Below, in pieces: positions 60,596 to 64,000 of a DNA stretch of 64,000 nt. Position 1 is the stretch's first letter. Each line of letters opens with the position of its first letter. Source of the stretch: Vicugna vicugna (lineage: Eukaryota); contig MU057880.1 of the NCBI GenBank assembly GCA_013265495.1, forward strand, positions 1,518,527-1,582,526, in the 5' to 3' direction. The translations under genes were made by a program, and so were the position numbers. Below the pieces are notes generated by a model that searched no databases, was not told the DNA's origin, and saw only the letters and a program-made list of their open reading frames with translations.

Positions 60596-63500
60596 ATTTC
60601 TATTTGAAAAGATACAAATCTTATAGTGCATCGATAATAAATTTAGAGCATTAGAATTACATATATTTACTTAAATATACAGCATCAGGTTTGTTTCCTG
60701 AGCCTGGGAATGGAGTAATTCACCCTACAATTCTCACAATTGTTCATCAAATTCTCTCCTCTCCAGAAGGGAATGGAAATTCCATTTGTTGTGCAGTATT
60801 TGAACTGATGCCAAAGACTGCACAGTCTGTCAGAAAGAAAGCTGACTGACCACATTTTAAGAAGAAATTTTCCTTTTTATAAATGATAAAAAGATGAATG
60901 ATTCTAAGTAACAATTTTAACCCTTATTCTTTACTTTTAGAAGCCTTACATCAATATCTGGTCAATTTTCTTTAATTTTCCTGTTGACTGTAGCCTTTGT
61001 GAAATGTTTTGATAGAGATCAGAGTCATATCCCATGAGGTTTTGTTCTGTATCTGTTTACTTTGTTCAAAATGGACCCGGAAAAAAAAAATACCATCTAT
61101 ACAATTTCTTACTTCCAAAGCTAAGAACTATTTTTGAATCCAAAATCCATGAAAATGCATGTGTGTGCACACACACACACACACAGGTTCCCAATTTCTG
61201 ATTTGTCTCATATGGAATTAAAACCTGGAGCTGCAAGCTACCCCAAATGTTAAGTGTCACATAATGTCCTTCTTACTTTTCATCTAACTCAGTCAATTAA
61301 CAAATGCATATTCTATGCACATACATGCTCCAAGTTTTAAGCTAGGCTTTGGGGATATACTTACTTTGACTTTAAGTGAACAAATACAATTTTCTACCGA
61401 AATATACTTTTCTATTAAAAAAAAATCTCAAAGTAACAAGTAGACCGTCTAGGGTGGGAGATAGATGCCTCAAAGATGTCTCTGTAAATTACAGTGAATC
61501 TCTTTTCCTTTTGGAAAGCAGACCAAATCAGAAATGACTTTGCAATGAATAGATACAGCATTAAATATAATTTGTGCTGAAATTTTACGATGAGTGGGTA
61601 AGGAGATATTTTTAACCTCTCTTTAGAAATACAGGATAATGGCTACATTTGTGCTTTGCAGTCACTATTGACAATTTTTTTCTTCCACTCAAATATTCTC
61701 ATTAATTACCTTTGGAAATTGAGGTCCATGTTTTTAAATTAAAGTATTACTTAAAGTTTTATTCATCTATTTGTTTTTGTTTTCTAATTTCCAACATTAT
61801 CTTCCATGGATAGAAAGAATTTTGATAAGCAGATAATGGAGGAAGATGACCCCACTTGAACAAATATACCGCTCTGAAATGTACCACCTTCTGCAAAGTT
61901 GGCCTGTTCGTTGTGTGCTGCCCACCCTCATGGCTGTGTGGGAGCTCGGTCCTGACACTAGAAGAGCCATTTCATATGAAATAAGGAGGAAAATTGCTTC
62001 TCAGAACTTGAAATGGGGTGCGACTGGAAGTAGGCATCTTCCACGTGGGAGAAGCTACTGGTGAGCACGGTCATTTTTTGAGTATCAGCCCCTCTCATAT
62101 GCACGCCTTTCCTCCCTTCTGCCAAAGCCCTGTTGTGAAACCCAGTTCTTTAGACCAAACTCCTTCTGTTTCCTTCTCCACAGTGAGTCCCCTCTCGGGA
62201 CCCACATTCTATGCCACCAACATGTGATTCTGCCACGTGGAGCTCCCCAGGCTCTCAGGGAGATCTGCGGATGGGTGAGGCCCTGATGAGAAAAGAATTC
62301 ACCGATGTTGTCCTGTGTGGTCTTTTGCCTCATTGTTTTAAAAATTACTAGAGCTTCATCTTCCTATTTTTACTAGGTATAGTGTGTTTTCATTAGTCCA
62401 GTTACAGTCTTTTTTTTTTTTTGGCATATTATAAGCTTACAAGATCAAACCAAATCTTGACTCTGAAATATATCTGAACTTTGCCTTGTACCATAATTTA
62501 CTAAATAAACCTCAAAGAAGAGGCTACAGTAAACACTGAAAATCCATTTACATGGATGCCTGAAGTGTCCATTCAGTCTGTGTACAGGCGTGTGGTACGT
62601 GGATGCTCTCAGCAAAGAAGCAGTGCCCTTGCCTACAAAGCTGCTCACAGCCTGGCATCAGGTCAGGGGCTGACAGTGGAAAATACCAGGGCATGTCTGA
62701 TGATGACGGAGCAATGACTGTTCAATTAGAGCATCAGTAAGTCACTTCCCATGCACATAGATGGCTGCAAATGAGAAATTCATAGTTGTTTACCTTGGTT
62801 TTGTTTTTAATTTTAACTAAAACAAAATCAACAAACACAAGCTGAGCCAAAAGGGACAGAACTTAAAATCAGGTGATAGTGACGTCTATCAGGCACTCCT
62901 TCCAAATACAGCCCACGCCCCCCACTTAGGTCTGTGGGTTGTTGATTACCCATAACAGAGGGTTTGGACTCACCTCTCCTTTTTTTATTCATCCACATTG
63001 TTAAGGAGCTGCTGACTGTGGTTACAAAAATAAACCGAATGCAAAAGCAATTGATCATTTTCATCCCTAATTCCTGTGATTCTATTGGCCCACTGAAAAA
63101 AGTCCAGGAGACTAAAAACTAGATGAATTACGCTTTAGTCTTTCCTCTTCGACCAAAGCATCCCGGCTGGCGGCAGTGGGTGTAAGTACCGTTTTAAAGG
63201 AAGGAGGGTGAGAGGCGGGGAAACGTCATCGCACTGAGGGCGAAGCAGTCTTCAGAGCGGAGCTGCGCCTGTCAACAGAATCTGTCCTAAAATGTGCTCG
63301 CGGACAACGTTTAGATGGTCCAGCCAGCAAGGGAGGCGCGATTAACGGTGGATGGTGGAAAATAAATCTCTAAAAAGTGTCTCTATTTGTATGTGAGATG
63401 CTCTGTGTACTGTCTCCTAGCAGAGTGGGCATCTTATAATTCTCCTGCCCTTATTGTTTAATTATGCTGTACAGTTACAGAGCTTACCAAAGGGCTTTAT

Positions 63501-64000
63501 GAGGTATTCAGAATAGTGTGCAAGGAGGGAAATTTTGATTTGTTCTAGCTTATTGGCAGCAAAGAAAAAATTTACATTACAAATAAATGTCTCTACTTAG
63601 CAGGAGGAAGAAGCAAATAGAGGCACAGGTGGAATCGTGTGGGTGTCTGTCAAGCTAGGCTGAATTGCGCTATGGCACAAAATAACCCGGAGAGCTCAAT
63701 GGCACGTGACAGTGAGCACAGCTGTCTGGGCATCACTGTCTGGAGACCTGCCCCATGTCAGCATCCCCTGAGACCCACACTGTAGGAGCAGACCCCCTGG
63801 GGACCCTGCAAGGCTCAGGGAAAGGGGGAAACAGGAAGTTGGGGAACTGTGTGATGGCTTGTAAATCTCCTCTTTGGAAACCACACGTGTCAATCCCCAG
63901 CACCCCTTTGCTGAACTCAGTCGTGTGACCAAGCCTGGAGTCAGTGAGGTTGGAAGGGACCCTGTAAGAGGAGAAGCAGATACTTGAACAGGTAACACCA

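Overview
Repeat-rich, AT-rich mammalian non-coding DNA (intergenic or deep intronic). It is most likely camelid, inferred from tRNA-derived SINEs of the Vic-1 type (GGGGAGGGTRTAGCTCAGTGGTAGAG...GGTTCAATCCCCAGTACCTCC...CTAATTACCTCCCC). I recognise no host protein-coding exon, rRNA, true tRNA or CRISPR array. The window holds layered LINE-1s of different ages, L2, MIR, MaLR/ERV solo LTRs, MER-type DNA transposon relics and microsatellites. The one long ORF (56137-58365, minus) is a young, 5'-truncated L1 ORF2 (RT plus CCHC C-terminus, no endonuclease). It inserted into the middle of a SINE, and both target-site duplications (TSDs) are visible. The SINE head supplies an in-frame ATG, giving an uninterrupted 739-aa SINE-L1 fusion frame. 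Other points of note: an ancient L1 3' end that has become CpG-island-like, a 486-bp tandem duplication (real or assembly artefact), two twin-primed L1s, a 19-bp GC-box minisatellite and a possible retroposed 3'UTR fragment. I found no firm evidence of a new functional system. Repeat family names come from memory of consensus sequences, not from a database search, and most boundaries are approximate.
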